Origin: an uncultured Deferribacteres bacterium
Lineage (GTDB): Bacteria > Zhuqueibacterota > Zhuqueibacteria > Zhuqueibacterales > Geothermadaptataceae
Assembly (NCBI GenBank): GCA_964014485.1
Contig: CAXHAT010000166.1
Span: 1 to 17,371 of the forward strand
DNA length: 17,371 nucleotides
Reading direction: 5' to 3'
Below, piece after piece: positions 1 to 7,631 of this stretch; the stretch's first letter is position 1; every line of letters begins with the position of its first letter. Under the pieces are notes generated by a model. That model searched no databases, was not told the origin of the DNA, and saw only the letters and a list, made by a program, of their open reading frames with translations. Made by a program: the position numbers and the translations under genes.

Positions 1-1886
1 ACTGTGATCAAGTAAACGTTGCGATTGGCCTGCACCAACGCACGATCTCCGCTGGGCGAAATCAGCACTTCATTCGGCGGCGGAGAACTGCCGCCCGAAC
101 GACGCGGCGGCTGCGCGCTTTTGACTTTGACAACTGTTTTTATGTCCGTGCCGTCCAAGCGCATCGACAGCAGACCTTCCGAGCCGGCCCAAATGTAAAC
201 GCGGTCGTTTTCCGGGCCAAAATGCGGCGCGTTTCTCCCCTGTTGCGTTGAACTTGCGCCAACCCAGGTGATGCGGTTCACCCCGCCGCCTTCCGCCGGA
301 AGCCAGACGTAATCCAATTCAGAAGCGCCGCTGTGACGGCCAAAATCTTCCAGCGTTCTCATGCGGTGCATCCGTGAACCGCGAATAGCCGCGATCCTCG
401 AGCCGTCCGGCGAATAAGCCAACTTGTCGTAAAAAGCCGAAACTTGCGTCAATCGCTCCGACGCGCCGCGACCGTTTGCTCGGACGCGATAAATGTCGCC
501 GCCGACGGAATCGCTCCACGTAACATAAGCGATGTAACGCCCGTCCGGTGACCAAACCGGCGCGTGTTCGACGAAATTCGATGAGGTGAGTCTGCGTGCA
601 TTGCGAACGATTGCGTGGGAAGAATCGGTTTCGAGATAAGCCGATCTTGTCGCGGGCAGGTCGGCGATCCAAAGACGGTCGAGCGCGGCAAATGTGACTC
701 GTTTACCATCTGGCGAAGGGCGCGCGCCGCGAATTTGGGAGACGGTCAAAACGGAATCGTTGATCGGATAATCAAACATGACCAATGGCCCGAGTTCTTG
801 TTTGATCTCCGCGGTGAAAGGAATTTCGCTTGCTTCCCCGGAAGGAATTTCGACGCGCATGATTTTACCGCCGTAGCTCGTGATCAGCGCTTTGGAATCA
901 GGCGTAAAAGTGGAGCCGGGATAAGCGTCACGGTCGCGCGCGCCGCCGCCTTGGTGATCGTCGCGCTGTACGTCCATCACCAGCCAGCGCTCGTCGCCGT
1001 TGTTCAAATCCAACAGCTTCAGCGCTTCTCGCGTGTCGTGGCGGGTGGCGTAAACCAGCCACCGTCCGTCAGGGCTTGGCACAGGCCGGAATGCGCCTTC
1101 AAGCTCGTGGGTTCGCACCAAAACGCGGCCCGATTCGCGATCAAGCTGGCCGATTTGCCACGACCCGATTTGTCGCGCCGAGCTTCGAAGATTGTGACTT
1201 TCGTCAAACTCGTTGCCAATAACGTCATGACTGGCGAGCGCAAACCCGCCGCCTAGTCTTCCGCGCAGATTGACCCATAAATATCGCGCATCATTGCCAA
1301 AAGCCGGGCCAAAATGGGATGCCGGTGTTCCGCCGCCTTCCTCACGATGACCAGTGATTTGCACGCCCGAACCGCCGTCCTTGTGAAAAAGCCAAAGCTG
1401 CGAGCCTTTGACGGCCACGACATACTTGCCGTCCGGCGTCCAGATCGGCGACATGAAGTTTTCGCGATTCGCCGTAGTCAATGCCCGAGCGTCGGAGCCG
1501 TCGGCGTTGGCGAGCCACAAGTTTTCCGAGCCGCTGCGGTCGCTGACAAAAACGATTTGCTCACCGTCCGGCGAATAGCGCGCCTGCATGTCGTAAGCTT
1601 GACCATCCGTGATGCGCTCCGCCGTTCCGCCTGTGATCGGCAGCGTATAAAAATCGCCGAGCAGTTCAAAAAGAATCGTCTGGCCGTCCGGCGAAAGATC
1701 GAGGGAAATCCACGTGCCTTCGTTCGTGGTAAATTCAAGCGTGCGCGTCGCGATCAAGGGCAAAGTCTTCGATTTTTTCGCCTTCGCCGCCGCGCTGTCG
1801 TTCTCTGCGATGGATTGCGTCATGCCAGAGTTGAATAACAATCCGATCCCCAAAGCAGTCAACCATGAAAATCGTTTAAACGACAT
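1..1886 (-). CDS. Secreted TolB-like/PD40 beta-propeller protein, partial (3' end beyond left edge); probably the N-terminal part of a PD40 + amidohydrolase protein
   Basis: Not in the ORF track because it has no stop in the window. Manual translation from ATG at 1886 (AAGG upstream) is open for 628 codons: MSFKRFSWLTALGIGLLFNSGMTQSIA... signal-like N-terminus, FTTNEGTWISLDLSPDG, and repeated blade motifs YSPDG, WTPDG, PSPDG, FTPDS, WSPDG. The amidohydrolase domain is not visible and is inferred from the usual family architecture. Confidence 0.85.
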   Translation of the reverse strand, partial: MSFKRFSWLTALGIGLLFNSGMTQSIAENDSAAAKAKKSKTLPLIATRTLEFTTNEGTWISLDLSPDGQTILFELLGDFYTLPITGGTAERITDGQAYDMQARYSPDGEQIVFVSDRSGSENLWLANADGSDARALTTANRENFMSPIWTPDGKYVVAVKGSQLWLFHKDGGSGVQITGHREEGGGTPASHFGPAFGNDARYLWVNLRGRLGGGFALASHDVIGNEFDESHNLRSSARQIGSWQIGQLDRESGRVLVRTHELEGAFRPVPSPDGRWLVYATRHDTREALKLLDLNNGDERWLVMDVQRDDHQGGGARDRDAYPGSTFTPDSKALITSYGGKIMRVEIPSGEASEIPFTAEIKQELGPLVMFDYPINDSVLTVSQIRGARPSPDGKRVTFAALDRLWIADLPATRSAYLETDSSHAIVRNARRLTSSNFVEHAPVWSPDGRYIAYVTWSDSVGGDIYRVRANGRGASERLTQVSAFYDKLAYSPDGSRIAAIRGSRMHRMRTLEDFGRHSGASELDYVWLPAEGGGVNRITWVGASSTQQGRNAPHFGPENDRVYIWAGSEGLLSMRLDGTDIKTVVKVKSAQPPRRSGGSSPPPNEVLISPSGDRALVQANRNVYLIT

Positions 1887-1896
1887 TTTGCCAACC

Positions 1897-2775
1897 TTAA
1901 TTTACTTTAAAAAAATGAATATTTGGACAGTCTTTCTTCGAGACGATTGTTTGAGCGTTTTGCATCGCTTCTCCCTTATCTCTGCCGCTGGCGACAATGA
2001 CGTCTTCGTAAACGGCAAACCATCCTCGAGAAATATTTTTATCCCTTAAAAGCTGTTTGAATTTTCTGGCATAGCGTTTACCGGTAAGCTGGCAATATAA
2101 GCTGTAAAGCTCGTCATTCTTGTCGATCAGATCGCAAATCTCATCAAAGTAGATTTCCCGATTCGCAGCGCTTTTGAGATAATATCGCAACAGCTTCGCA
2201 TCGTCGGGTTTTCGAGGCTTTTCTGCAGGCAGTTTTTCAATGATCCCGTGCTTGGCCTTTACTAAATCAAAAGTATCTTTAAAACCACGCCGCATTCCGG
2301 AGCCAAAATCAATGTTGTAAGGAACGACAACGCCGTCGTATATAATGACGTCGCGAAAAGGCAGGAGTACAGCGTCAGCATAGCAAGGTAAAAAAGGGAC
2401 GATTTCTTCAAAATCGCTTATTAATGCCTGTACAGCGTAGAGCCTTACTGTCTTTTCGCTCTCCTGCATAAAAACGCAATATTTTTTGTATTGCTTATAC
2501 AGCAGGAACCTGCCCTGAACGAAATGTTTCCAACTCTTGACGATCTTTATTTCATCTTTGTCAAAACCCTGCGGATTCTCGTCGCAGAATTGATCAATTA
2601 GACGGGCATTTTCATAGAGCTTGTTTCTAATTGCAACTATCGTCTGAATATCTGCCGCGAACAAGTCATCCATCGATTTGATGCTCGAAAAAAACCGCAA
2701 TTTTTGATTCACAAAAAAAAGAAGATCGCGGTTCAGTTTGTAAAAAAGCTCAATATCTTCGTCTTTTAAACGCAC
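1897..2775 (-). CDS. Hypothetical protein (292 aa), AT-richer than neighbours; C-terminal ~45 aa resemble DUF5678-like domains
   Basis: Long ORF with GTG start preceded by AAAGGA and TAA stop 10 nt before the next gene; protein-like motifs (VLLPFRDVIIYDG, YNIDFGSG; C-terminal GWFAVYEDVIVASGRDKGEA). Confidence 0.8.
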   Translation of the reverse strand: MRLKDEDIELFYKLNRDLLFFVNQKLRFFSSIKSMDDLFAADIQTIVAIRNKLYENARLIDQFCDENPQGFDKDEIKIVKSWKHFVQGRFLLYKQYKKYCVFMQESEKTVRLYAVQALISDFEEIVPFLPCYADAVLLPFRDVIIYDGVVVPYNIDFGSGMRRGFKDTFDLVKAKHGIIEKLPAEKPRKPDDAKLLRYYLKSAANREIYFDEICDLIDKNDELYSLYCQLTGKRYARKFKQLLRDKNISRGWFAVYEDVIVASGRDKGEAMQNAQTIVSKKDCPNIHFFKVN

Positions 2776-2821
2776 TTGGAAATCCTTTTCTACAAGTCTT
2801 TGTCACAGCTTTCAAGCCGCT

Positions 2822-4540
2822 TTAATTCGAATCGCTTCCTCTATTCAGGATATAATGTTTTTTAAGCTGGGCAATTTCAAAATTTTCGTTTTCTCCGCCC
2901 GGCCACTCAATAATAACTTCATCTATTTTATCGACTTTTCCGAGTCCGAAATGGACGCGCGGATCGTTGCTGCAAAGATAGCTGTAAGCGCGGCGGGATT
3001 CCTGTCGCCATGATTTGCCGCCCGTTTTCACGGTGATTTTCGCGCCTTCAACAATGCGGTTGAGAGCAGGGTCGAACGGCGTGATCGTAATCCAGGCGCC
3101 GTTCCGCTTCATGTCATTGCGAAAAAGCTGCGCCGGGCCGCCGCAATTATTAACGAGAATATCAACGTCGCCGTCGTTGTCAAAATCGGCGAAAGACATG
3201 CCGCGCGTGTTCTCGACGGCGCCGCCAAATACAGACATGCTCGACGAAATATTCGTGAATCGCCCTTTTCCTTCGCCCTTGAAAATAAAATTCGGTTCGG
3301 CGTAAATCGCCCAGAAGTCATCGTCCTGCCGCAGCGGCGCGCCTACGCGATCCACCCGCCCGTTGCCGACGACCAGATCAAGAAATCCGTCCAAATCCAA
3401 GTCGGCCAGCCCAGTACCGAAGCCGGTAAATTGCATGGTGCGCAAGTCTTCAAATCCCGCTTCAAACGAACGGTCTTGAAAACCGGAAGCGGGAGTGTTG
3501 AGGTAAAGCGTGTTGCTTTCATTGCCGAGATGTGTCACCAGAAAATCTGTTCGCAAATCGCCGTTGACGTCGCCGACCGCGATGCCCATGCCCGCCTCAG
3601 CCTGACCAAGCTGGTTGAGCGCCACGCCTTGTTTGAGACCTTCTTCGCGAAACGTGCCGTTTTTTTGATTGATCCACAGCAAATTGTCGTTCAAGTCATT
3701 GGCGACGTAAATATCCGGATAGCCGTCGTCGTTCACATCCGCTGTCACCACGCCGAGACCACGTTTGGCCGCGACTTCGATTCCGCCGGCGCGCGACACG
3801 TCCCGGAATGTACCGTCGCCGTTGTTTTTATAAAGCGCGTCAACCGCGCCGACAAAATGCTGCGGGCTGCAAAAGAGCCGTCTCCCCGCCTGATCCGTGC
3901 AAACCAACGACGAGTCATACTCAACATAATTCGCCACGTAAAGGTCGAGAAATCCGTCGAGATCATAATCGAGAAAAGTTGCGGAGCATCCCCAGCGATC
4001 TGGAACATTTGAGGCAAGCCCGGATTCCTTCGTTCTGTTGGAGAAGGTGCCGTCGCCGTTGTTGCGGTAAAAAGCGTCATCGCCAAAATTGGTGACGTAC
4101 ACGTCTTCATCGCCGTCATTGTCGACGTCGCCAATCGCTACGCCCATGCCGTAACCCATGTCGCCCAGCCCGCTTTCGTCGGTCACGTCAACAAATTTCC
4201 CGCCTTCATCCTGGCGATACATGCGGTTTTTCGCTTCGCGTTCGGTTTGATAAACCCAGCCGCCGTTGATCAGGTAAATGTCCAAGTCGCCGTCGCCGTC
4301 ATAGTCAAAAAAAGCGCTGCCCGGCCCGACCTGTTCCGGCATGTAGTATTTTCCTTCAGCCCCGGCTTCGTGGTTAAATTTGAGTCCGGCCTGCACCGTA
4401 ACATCGACAAATACGCCAAAATCTCCAGAGACATTGGGCTGCTCGTCTGACGTATCGCTTGATTCAGAACTGCATGATTTAAGCGAAACAAAAAGGGCGA
4501 GTAATATGAATTGAAGAATAGAATTCGCGAGTCTGCGCAT
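2822..4540 (-). CDS. CRTAC1/ASPIC-UnbV family protein with FG-GAP-like repeats, possible lipoprotein
   Basis: Repeated DxDxDGxxD motifs (DYDGDGDLD, DVDNDGDED, DYDLDGFLD, DVNDDGYPD, DLDLDGFLD, DFDNDGDVD); C-terminal SYLCSNDPRVHFGLG...IEWPGG typical of ASPIC/UnbV; hydrophobic N-terminus ending LKSC. ATG at 4540 preferred over TTG at 4561. Confidence 0.9.
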   Translation of the reverse strand: MRRLANSILQFILLALFVSLKSCSSESSDTSDEQPNVSGDFGVFVDVTVQAGLKFNHEAGAEGKYYMPEQVGPGSAFFDYDGDGDLDIYLINGGWVYQTEREAKNRMYRQDEGGKFVDVTDESGLGDMGYGMGVAIGDVDNDGDEDVYVTNFGDDAFYRNNGDGTFSNRTKESGLASNVPDRWGCSATFLDYDLDGFLDLYVANYVEYDSSLVCTDQAGRRLFCSPQHFVGAVDALYKNNGDGTFRDVSRAGGIEVAAKRGLGVVTADVNDDGYPDIYVANDLNDNLLWINQKNGTFREEGLKQGVALNQLGQAEAGMGIAVGDVNGDLRTDFLVTHLGNESNTLYLNTPASGFQDRSFEAGFEDLRTMQFTGFGTGLADLDLDGFLDLVVGNGRVDRVGAPLRQDDDFWAIYAEPNFIFKGEGKGRFTNISSSMSVFGGAVENTRGMSFADFDNDGDVDILVNNCGGPAQLFRNDMKRNGAWITITPFDPALNRIVEGAKITVKTGGKSWRQESRRAYSYLCSNDPRVHFGLGKVDKIDEVIIEWPGGENENFEIAQLKKHYILNRGSDSN

Positions 4541-4631
4541 AGAGTCGTTTTTTGAGGTCAATCAGCGATTTGGGATTTGGAATAAATTGGATTGTGAAGA
4601 TAAAAAAGGCGGGGCGTCTGAAAAACAGATT

Positions 4632-5144
4632 TCAACCGGAGAGCTTTAATCCGCGAATTATTTTGAGCGTGGTGATCAATTGGCCGATATGGCGGGTGGT
4701 GTGTTCGGCGGCGTGAAAAAGCAGACCGGCAACGTTGGAAGGCAATTGCGCCCGACCGACGGCGCGCGGTTCGTACTAAGTTTCAGGTTTGAGTTGGCGC
4801 AATTGATCAAGACATTCTTGAATTTTAGCGGAAAGTAGTTCGCTCAATTGTTTCGCGGTAAAACCGCCGGATTTCTTTTCTGCTCGTAAAAATTCAAGCT
4901 GATCTTCGGAGAGTTTTTCATCGCGGGCGTAGGTAAATAGCCGATCCAGGCTGCCGGCAATGTGCAGTAAATGAAATCCTGGAGAAGCCGCGCCGCCGGG
5001 CGACAGCCACAGCTCGTCTTCTTGCAAATCACTGATGATTTTGTCCAAATCTTCCAACGCCTGATGGAGCGTATGCGCCACGGGCATGGCGGGTTCGGGC
5101 ATATTTGTAATCGGCCCGCGGAGCCAGAATTCAGGTTGAGGCAT
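4632..5144 (-). pseudogene. DinB-family protein interrupted by an in-frame TAG at 4776-4778
   Basis: ORF 4776..5144 (PEFWLRGP, SPGFHLLHIAGSLDRLFTYA) continues in frame after TAG as YEPRAVGRAQLPSNVAGLLFHAAEHTTRHIGQLITTLKIIRGLKLSG to TGA at 4632-4634, supplying the HxxxH half of the DinB His triad. Confidence 0.85.
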
Positions 5145-5172
5145 TGTTCAAAATTCCATAAAACAAACAGCT

Positions 5173-5529
5173 TCACGCGTAAGTTTTTTCGATCAACCCT
5201 TTACGTGATAATGATTCTTCGACAATTTTCTTTACTTCATCCCTCTGCTTCGATGTGAGTTGTGCTGTATCAAGAACAGCCCGATCTCCGACTCTGCGAA
5301 CAATATATTCTCGAAGAATATCGTTTAAAAGGTTGTTTCGGTCTGTTCCAAGACGTTCCTGTTCCGCTTCTAACCAGGCAAAAGTATTGATATCCAAATT
5401 TATCGTGGTTTTCCTTCGCGGAATTTTGGCGTTCACCTGAGAAGGGCGGTGGCGCGGAACCCTCGAACGTGCATTTCGAGGAATCTCCGGAACGCTTGAA
5501 TCAACGGTAGATGCATCACTCTTCTTCAT
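5173..5529 (-). CDS. brnA: BrnA-like antitoxin (ribbon-helix-helix type) with C-terminal extension
   Basis: Start overlaps the YEEE* end of the upstream brnT-like gene by 14 nt; KTTINLDINTFAWLE...NNLLNDILREY matches the BrnA/CopG RHH pattern. Confidence 0.7.
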   Translation of the reverse strand: MKKSDASTVDSSVPEIPRNARSRVPRHRPSQVNAKIPRRKTTINLDINTFAWLEAEQERLGTDRNNLLNDILREYIVRRVGDRAVLDTAQLTSKQRDEVKKIVEESLSRKGLIEKTYA

Positions 5530-5834
5530 ACTTTTTTCTCTCTGTTAGCGTTGGTTTTCTCGCGCCAATCAGCCTTATCGTCTTCTCGTTTTCAATGATT
5601 CTTTCAGAAAACCAGCAAACGAGTAACCGGTGAAACTTACTGTTTCCAATCAGGAGCCAGCGGCTTTCTTGCAGAGAATGCGTCAAATTCCAAACCGAAT
5701 GGATCAAGCCAGCAACTTGCGGCTTCTTCAAATGTCACGCCGTGTTTGCGGCGATTGGACTGCGCCTTATTCAAATTCCAACTGAACTTCAGACCGCCAA
5801 TTTCAAGTCGAATCGCATCGTCCGCTTTCGCCAT
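5516..5834 (-). pseudogene. brnT: BrnT-family toxin, frameshifted near 5681
   Basis: Frame 1: FSWNLNKAQSNRRKHGVTFEEAASCWLDPFGLEFD; frame 2: HSLQESRWLLIG...RLLVCWF.ER...IRLIGARKPT.TERKKYEEE. Minus strand reads GAA TTT GAC G CAT TCT, i.e. one orphan base joins two halves of a BrnT. Confidence 0.85.
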
Positions 5835-5878
5835 GAATAGAATAAAGTATGTTTAGAGAAAAACTCAATATCAATTTT
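5832..5878 (-). repeat. 47-bp direct repeat copy 2 (putative promoter + ATG of brnT); overlaps the stop of the second VOC copy
   Basis: 41/47 ungapped identity to 6848..6894 by manual alignment; minus strand contains TTGAGT-N18-TATTCT-N4-ATG. Confidence 0.85.
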
Positions 5879-6265
5879 TCTTCAACTCGATCAAATCCCA
5901 CCAATTTCCATACAAATCTTCAAACACCGCAACCGTGCCGTACGATTCGGTCTTGGGCTTTCTGACAAAACGCACGCCGCGTTCGATCATTTCATTGTAG
6001 TCACGCCAGAAATCATCAGTGCTGAGAAAAAGAAACACGCGCCCGCCGGTCTGATTGCCAATAGCGGCTTCCTGCTCAGGCTTGGAGGCTTTGGCCAAAA
6101 GTAAAGTCGTACCGGAAGAGTTCGGGGGCGCAACCACGACCCAGCGTTTGTCCTGTTCTGGTTGGCAAGTATCTCCAACCAATGTGAAGCGGAGTTTCTC
6201 GGTAAAAAGGCGATGGCTTTAGCGTAGTCTCGAACGACGAAAACGACATGCCAGCGATAATTCAA
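5871..6265 (-). pseudogene. Second, frameshifted copy of the VOC/glyoxalase gene
   Basis: Collinear with 6933..7331 (offset 1062). HVVFVVRDYAKAIAF is in one frame and TEKLRFTLVGDTCQPEQDKRW... in another because of a 1-nt deletion in the A5 run at 6204-6208; the original start region is replaced by unrelated sequence. Confidence 0.88.
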
Positions 6266-6344
6266 AGCCGGGCTTCACCTTTTCCCGGTTTCTTTCCGTT
6301 GCGGCAGGCGCTTAGAGAACTTCGGGCATGGTATTCATCGCTCC

Positions 6345-6581
6345 CTATTTTAAATATGCGTTCAAAAAATCTTCGCGTTTAATCCCGGCCTGACTGCAGA
6401 TAGTTCGCAATGTTGACCCTTTGATTTTTGCATGGTTGGGCATGGTCAGCGGCGTTTTCGTGCCGTCAAGATTTTCACGAATCATGGCAATGTGTTCCCG
6501 CTCCCGAACAATCTTAAATCCCAAGCGTTCGAGAGCCTTAATCACTCGACGTTTTGGCGCGTCGACAGGAAATTTCGCCAT
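6345..6581 (-). CDS. hicA: HicA-family toxin
   Basis: 78 aa basic protein, RVIKALERLGFKIVREREHIAM...LTMPNHAKIKGSTLRTICSQAGI (dsRBD-like HicA pattern with conserved His); start coupled to hicB stop via TAATG at 6581. Confidence 0.88.
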   Translation of the reverse strand: MAKFPVDAPKRRVIKALERLGFKIVREREHIAMIRENLDGTKTPLTMPNHAKIKGSTLRTICSQAGIKREDFLNAYLK

Positions 6582-6805
6582 TAAACAGCAACCCCGGTTT
6601 CCGCGACAAAGGCTTCCAAAACCGGCGCATCGATTTTAAAAACGTCGTCGCCAAACGTCTCGATGTGGAAACGAATTGCGGATTTTATATCCGCGAGAGC
6701 ATCCTCGTATGAATCTCCCTGCCCGACGACAACGCCTTTCATTCCTAAAGGATAAGAAACATAACCGTCCTGATGTTTTTCAACGATGATTTTGAACTGA
6801 CGCAT
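6581..6805 (-). CDS. hicB: Short HicB-family antitoxin (no C-terminal DNA-binding domain)
   Basis: 74 aa acidic; IIVEKHQDGYVSYPLGMKGVVVGQGDSYEDALADIKSAIRFHIE matches the HicB partial RNase H fold; GGAG upstream. Confidence 0.88.
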   Translation of the reverse strand: MRQFKIIVEKHQDGYVSYPLGMKGVVVGQGDSYEDALADIKSAIRFHIETFGDDVFKIDAPVLEAFVAETGVAV

Positions 6806-6847
6806 TTTTTAGATTCACTCCATTTTATGGCTATTTCGCAAGATAAT

Positions 6848-6894
6848 CATAAATAAAATAAGGGATGTTTGGAGAAAAACTCAACATCAATTTT
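6848..6894 (-). repeat. 47-bp direct repeat copy 1 (putative promoter + ATG) upstream of hicB-hicA
   Basis: 41/47 identity to 5832..5878; minus strand TTGAGT-N18-TATTTT-N4-ATG; the ATG opens an 11-codon ORF MIILRNSHKME (6815..6850). Confidence 0.85.
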
Positions 6895-6932
6895 AAGATA
6901 AAACTCTGAGCTTGAGATTGGCGACAAACGCA

Positions 6933-7331
6933 TCATTTCTTATTTAGTTCAATCAAATCCCACCAATTACCATACAAATCTTCAAACACCGCAACCGTAC
7001 CGTACGATTCGGTCTTGGGTTTTCTGACAAAGCGCACGCCGCGTTCGATCATTTCATTATAGTCGCGCCAAAAATCGTCGGTGCTGAGAAACAGGAAAAC
7101 GCGCCCGCCAGTCTGATTGCCAATGGCGGCTTCTTGCTCAGGCTTTGAAGCTTTGGCCAAAAGTAAAGTCGTACCGGAAGAGTTCGGGGGTGCGACTACC
7201 ACCCAGCGTTTGTCTTGCTCAGGCTGGTAAGTGTCCTCAACCAACGTAAAACGCAGTTTTTCCGTGAAAAATGCAATCGCTTCGTCGTAGTCCCTGACAA
7301 CGAGAGCGACGTGGATGATGGATTGTTGCAT
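6933..7331 (-). CDS. VOC family (glyoxalase/bleomycin resistance/extradiol dioxygenase) protein
   Basis: IIHVALVVRDYDEAIAFFTEKLRF...RWVVVAPP...GNQTGGRVFLFLSTDDF...YGTVAVFEDLYGNWWDLIE; ATG at 7331 (TTG at 7337 is an alternative). Confidence 0.93.
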   Translation of the reverse strand: MQQSIIHVALVVRDYDEAIAFFTEKLRFTLVEDTYQPEQDKRWVVVAPPNSSGTTLLLAKASKPEQEAAIGNQTGGRVFLFLSTDDFWRDYNEMIERGVRFVRKPKTESYGTVAVFEDLYGNWWDLIELNKK

Positions 7332-7393
7332 TTCCAAGTGAATAGGTAATTTCCAAAACGCGGGCAGGATTTTTCAGCGGAGGCGAAAAAAGC

Positions 7394-7603
7394 TCATTGT
7401 TTTTTTCGCCGAATTATGTTTACGAGTTTCTGAAAAGCGCCGGAACGATGCCATTTCCCGCAATAAGGGCATTGATAGACACGCTGATTCGAAATGGCCG
7501 CAGCCTCTCGCGATTCATAAGCCTTCTTGCGTTCACACATGCGCTTTTTACGCGCCGCCTTGCGCGCCTGTCTCGCTTGCCTTGCGTATTTGTTACGCCC
7601 CAT
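7394..7603 (-). CDS. Small, very basic hypothetical protein with a C...CxxCxxxH zinc-finger-like motif
   Basis: 69 aa, ATG start, fills the gap between co-directional genes without overlap; motif CERKKAYESREAA...VYQCPYCGKWH. Confidence 0.7.
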   Translation of the reverse strand: MGRNKYARQARQARKAARKKRMCERKKAYESREAAAISNQRVYQCPYCGKWHRSGAFQKLVNIIRRKKQ

Positions 7604-7631
7604 AATAACCGCCCGCCCGGGTTGTTCAAGT

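Noticed and set aside
319..2049. ORF-track entries at the left end (e.g. 615..1256 +, 1314..1838 +, 319..672 -)
   Set aside because: They are antisense or off-frame shadows of the continuous minus-strand propeller gene 1..1886.
4776..4778. Genome-wide TAG recoding as the explanation for the DinB internal stop
   Set aside because: TAG ends the TonB-dependent receptor right after its canonical C-terminal Phe (14354) and ends hicA at a normal length (6345), so TAG works as a stop here.
5678..5684. Programmed ribosomal frameshift in brnT
   Set aside because: No slippery heptamer or homopolymer at the junction, and conserved residues appear to be missing, which fits a deletion better.
6264..6292. 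Terminator after hicA (CCGGG...CCCGG hairpin)
   Set aside because: Short stem, 11-nt loop and only a 3-T tail on the minus strand; too weak to call.
5832..6894. CRISPR array or IS terminal repeats from the 47-bp repeats
   Set aside because: Only two direct copies about 1 kb apart with genes between; no cas or transposase gene.
4632..7603. Integron cassette array (small co-oriented genes, TA pairs, VOC, DinB)
   Set aside because: No attC-like RYYYAAC...GTTRRRY palindromes found at the junctions by eye and no integrase in the window; the only shared junction sequence is the 47-bp repeat. An IntegronFinder run would settle it.
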